From IMG/VR virus record IMGVR_UViG_3300046817_000266, positions 1 through 25,993 of that record: a DNA stretch of 25,993 bases. One strand, given 5' to 3'. Source of the stretch: a virus. Taxonomy: Duplodnaviria > Caudoviricetes. Within the stretch, counting starts at the first letter, position 1. Each line of letters opens with the position of its first letter. The notes beneath the pieces are model-generated. The model was given only the letters and a program-made list of their open reading frames with translations, ran no database searches and was not told where the DNA came from. Of this stretch, positions 24,915 through 25,993 are shown in pieces. Position numbers and translations under genes: made by a program.

Positions 24915-25367
24915 CTACACTCCCGCCGTGCCGTCGCCCAGGATTCCGTCGATCGATCCGGCGTGGAACGTCCATTCCTGGGTGCCGCCGTCTTTCGCGT
25001 AGTTGACGTTGGGCCAGCGGACGAAGGCGCATTGCCTGCAACTGATCTGATCGCCGCGCGCCGGATCGGACACCACGATGGTGTTGTTGCCCCACAGCGC
25101 CGATGACACGCGTTGCAGATCGAGCATCACCGACAGCATTTGATTTGTCGGGCTGGTTTTCAGAAACCGCAGCGTCACGGTGCCGCCATTGCCAGCGTGC
25201 AACGAGTGCATCACGCTGCCATCGGCCCCAATTGTCATCGTGTTTTTATCTTCGGTCATGGCAATGGAGATGCCTTCCTCGGAGTTACCCGAGCCATAGC
25301 CGAGTGAGAAGCTACCGCCGGGTCCGACGATGGACGCGGCCACGTCAATGAACGAATACGTGGTCAC
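24915..25367 (-). CDS. Tail tube protein (DUF3277-like)
   Basis: TYSFIDVAASIVGPGG, EEGISI, TMTIGADGSVMHSLHA, LKTSPTNQML; strong AAAGGAGGT SD; GTG start. Confidence 0.88.
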   Translation of the reverse strand: MTTYSFIDVAASIVGPGGSFSLGYGSGNSEEGISIAMTEDKNTMTIGADGSVMHSLHAGNGGTVTLRFLKTSPTNQMLSVMLDLQRVSSALWGNNTIVVSDPARGDQISCRQCAFVRWPNVNYAKDGGTQEWTFHAGSIDGILGDGTAGV

Positions 25368-25425
25368 AACGACCTCCTTTCAGGATTTCGCTTTGGGGCA
25401 GGCGTGGATTGTGGTGAGGGGCGCG

Positions 25426-25650
25426 CTAGTCGCGCGCGGGCGGCCGGGTGAGGCAGCTTTCGATGATCTTGGTCAACATGGTGTTTCGCACTTCGGTGTT
25501 ATGCGAGAACGTCCACGTTGCGACACCGAGGAAACAGATATTCAGCAGCACCAGCAATAAAAATGCCGGTGGCAGCGCGCGGATCAGCTTGTCGCTGACA
25601 TTGGCAATCAGACCGTGGCGACCGTTCCCGTTGGTGGGTTCGATCGCCAC
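25426..25650 (-). CDS. Small single-pass membrane protein
   Basis: 74 aa with hydrophobic stretch LPPAFLLLVLLNICFLGVATWTF; fills the gap in the operon. Confidence 0.65.
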   Translation of the reverse strand: MAIEPTNGNGRHGLIANVSDKLIRALPPAFLLLVLLNICFLGVATWTFSHNTEVRNTMLTKIIESCLTRPPARD

Positions 25651-25660
25651 GGGACGTCAC

Positions 25661-25993
25661 TTAGCCCTTGGGTGCCGGTGCCGGTGGCAGCGGCGTGCCA
25701 CCTTCCAGCGAGGGGTCAATCACCTTGCCGTGCCACTCCGTCTGACCGGGCAGATGCCACAGCACGACCACCTTGTTGGCGATCTGCGCTGGCGGCGCGG
25801 GAAGCGGCGGCAGGCCGGGAGGCACCGGCAGACCGGCGTCCGGGTGCCCAGGTGCCCATGGCAGGCCCTGCTCTGGGCGGTCGGGGCGACCGCCTCCCCA
25901 TGCATGGTCGGGGCGGCTGGGAAGCCCATGGTCCGGGTGGCCGGGATGGTAGATCGGACCGCCGCCGATGTGGTCGGGACGGCTGGGCAGTCC
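25661..25993 (-). CDS. Pro/Gly/His-rich repeat protein, 5' end outside the window
   Basis: Not in ORF track. Open frame from the window edge to TAA at 25661: GLPSRPDHIGGGPIYHPGHPDHGLPSRPDHAWGGG...KVVVLWHLPGQTEWHGKVIDPSLEGGTPLPPAPAPKG*. Confidence 0.75.
   Translation of the reverse strand, partial: GLPSRPDHIGGGPIYHPGHPDHGLPSRPDHAWGGGRPDRPEQGLPWAPGHPDAGLPVPPGLPPLPAPPAQIANKVVVLWHLPGQTEWHGKVIDPSLEGGTPLPPAPAPKG

Noticed and set aside
1-25993. tRNA, rRNA, CRISPR array, integrase or IS element
   Set aside because: None recognised; intergenic gaps are short and mostly explained, so lifestyle (temperate or lytic) cannot be determined from this window.

Overview
A 26 kb, GC-rich segment of a tailed phage or prophage with a contractile-tail (myovirus-type) baseplate. 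The likely host is a Gram-negative bacterium, plausibly an alphaproteobacterium (inferred, not shown). Left: a leftward replication block (primase-polymerase/PriCT-2/NTPase, small ORFs, N6-adenine methyltransferase, HTH protein, VRR-NUC nuclease, ribbon-helix-helix regulator) interrupted by an inverted ParB-like gene. Middle: a rightward early block (Gp157-like, ERF recombinase, small ORFs) carrying accessory extracellular-type genes, namely a parallel beta-helix protein and two tandem signal-peptide plus PEP-CTERM proteins, with no exosortase in the window. Right: a leftward tail operon (tube, frameshifted chaperones, hub, tape measure with Rpf-like lysozyme domain, Dit-like, plug, spike, gp46-like, baseplate J, DUF2612, tail fibre with S74 chaperone). 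Most notable: phage-borne PEP-CTERM proteins, a TonB-box-like motif on a relocated baseplate hub, a duplicated C-terminal baseplate motif in an in-frame stop-ATG gene chain, a symmetric bidirectional leaderless promoter, and a structured leader with an unannotated uORF abutting the primase. All family assignments come from motif recognition by eye; no searches were run.
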